Source: Sphaeroforma arctica JP610
Lineage: Eukaryota
Direction: 5' to 3'
DNA length: 33,789 nucleotides
Assembly (NCBI RefSeq): GCF_001186125.1
Contig: NW_014040488.1
Span: 139,304 to 173,092, forward strand
Made by a program: the position numbers and the translations under genes
Shown here: positions 33,476 through 33,789 of the stretch, in pieces
How positions within the stretch are numbered: the stretch's first letter is position 1
How the letters are laid out: every line of letters begins with the position of its first letter
Notes under the pieces: model-generated
What the model was told of the DNA's origin: nothing
What the model saw: the letters and a program-made list of their open reading frames with translations, nothing else
Databases searched by the model: none

Positions 33476-33764
33476 TATGTGCTCTACGACATCTGTTTTT
33501 ACTTCATACTTGACTCTTTGGTGATAACGGTCAATATTTCACAGATAAGAGTATCTAGTATTCGGAAGGGCGACCTCACTAACTATTAACAACAACTTAC
33601 GGTATTTGCGACATCTCGTTTGTGTTTTATATCGAACAGAACACCAATCAATCCGAGGCCGTACTGCTGGCGTTGAAGAAATCTAGCAATGTGGCTGTGG
33701 AAGGCATTTCACATATCCTTGTCACTCTCATCAATGCAAAGTTCGATACAGCCAATTACGCATG
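32959..33764 (+). CDS. Two putative internal exons of an unidentified gene running off the right edge (32959..33035, 33640..33764)
   Basis: ACTAAT branch-like site, then TTCACAG|..NLDTAIAKLTNTTTNRSFSSADYDH|GTAAGT (phase 0). This joins in frame to AACAG|NTNQSEAVLLALKKSSNVAVEGISHILVTLINAKFDTANYA..|GTGAGA. No family recognised and no start exon found. Confidence 0.45.
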
Positions 33765-33789
33765 GTGAGATACATATACATATCATTTT

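Overview
Eukaryotic genomic DNA with spliceosomal introns, many (TA)n microsatellites and four N gaps. Five protein-coding genes and one pseudogene can be reconstructed by hand with phase-consistent splice sites. (1) A 7-exon minus-strand gene (208-6719, ~525 aa) has a Q/N/P-rich N-terminus, a PRxFDP peptide repeat, a KKRK NLS-like motif and a C-terminal domain resembling the fungal Rds2/Ert1/AcuK PAS region, but no visible Zn2Cys6 cluster; it includes a GC-AG intron. (2) A 2-exon P-protein/OCA2-like anion transporter. (3) A 5-exon PLP-dependent class V enzyme of a bacterial EgtE-like type. (4) A 7-exon SDR9C-type (retinol/hydroxysteroid dehydrogenase-like) reductase. (5) An intronless long-chain acyl-CoA synthetase pseudogene with several lesions, whose 3' end has a second 54-bp copy 8.8 kb away. 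(6) A single-exon actin maturation protease (ACTMAP/C19orf54) homologue. Two probable exons of a further gene lie at the right edge. The mix of animal-type, fungal-type and bacterial-type genes suggests a unicellular opisthokont such as an ichthyosporean; this is inference only. Family assignments rest on recalled motifs, not database searches.
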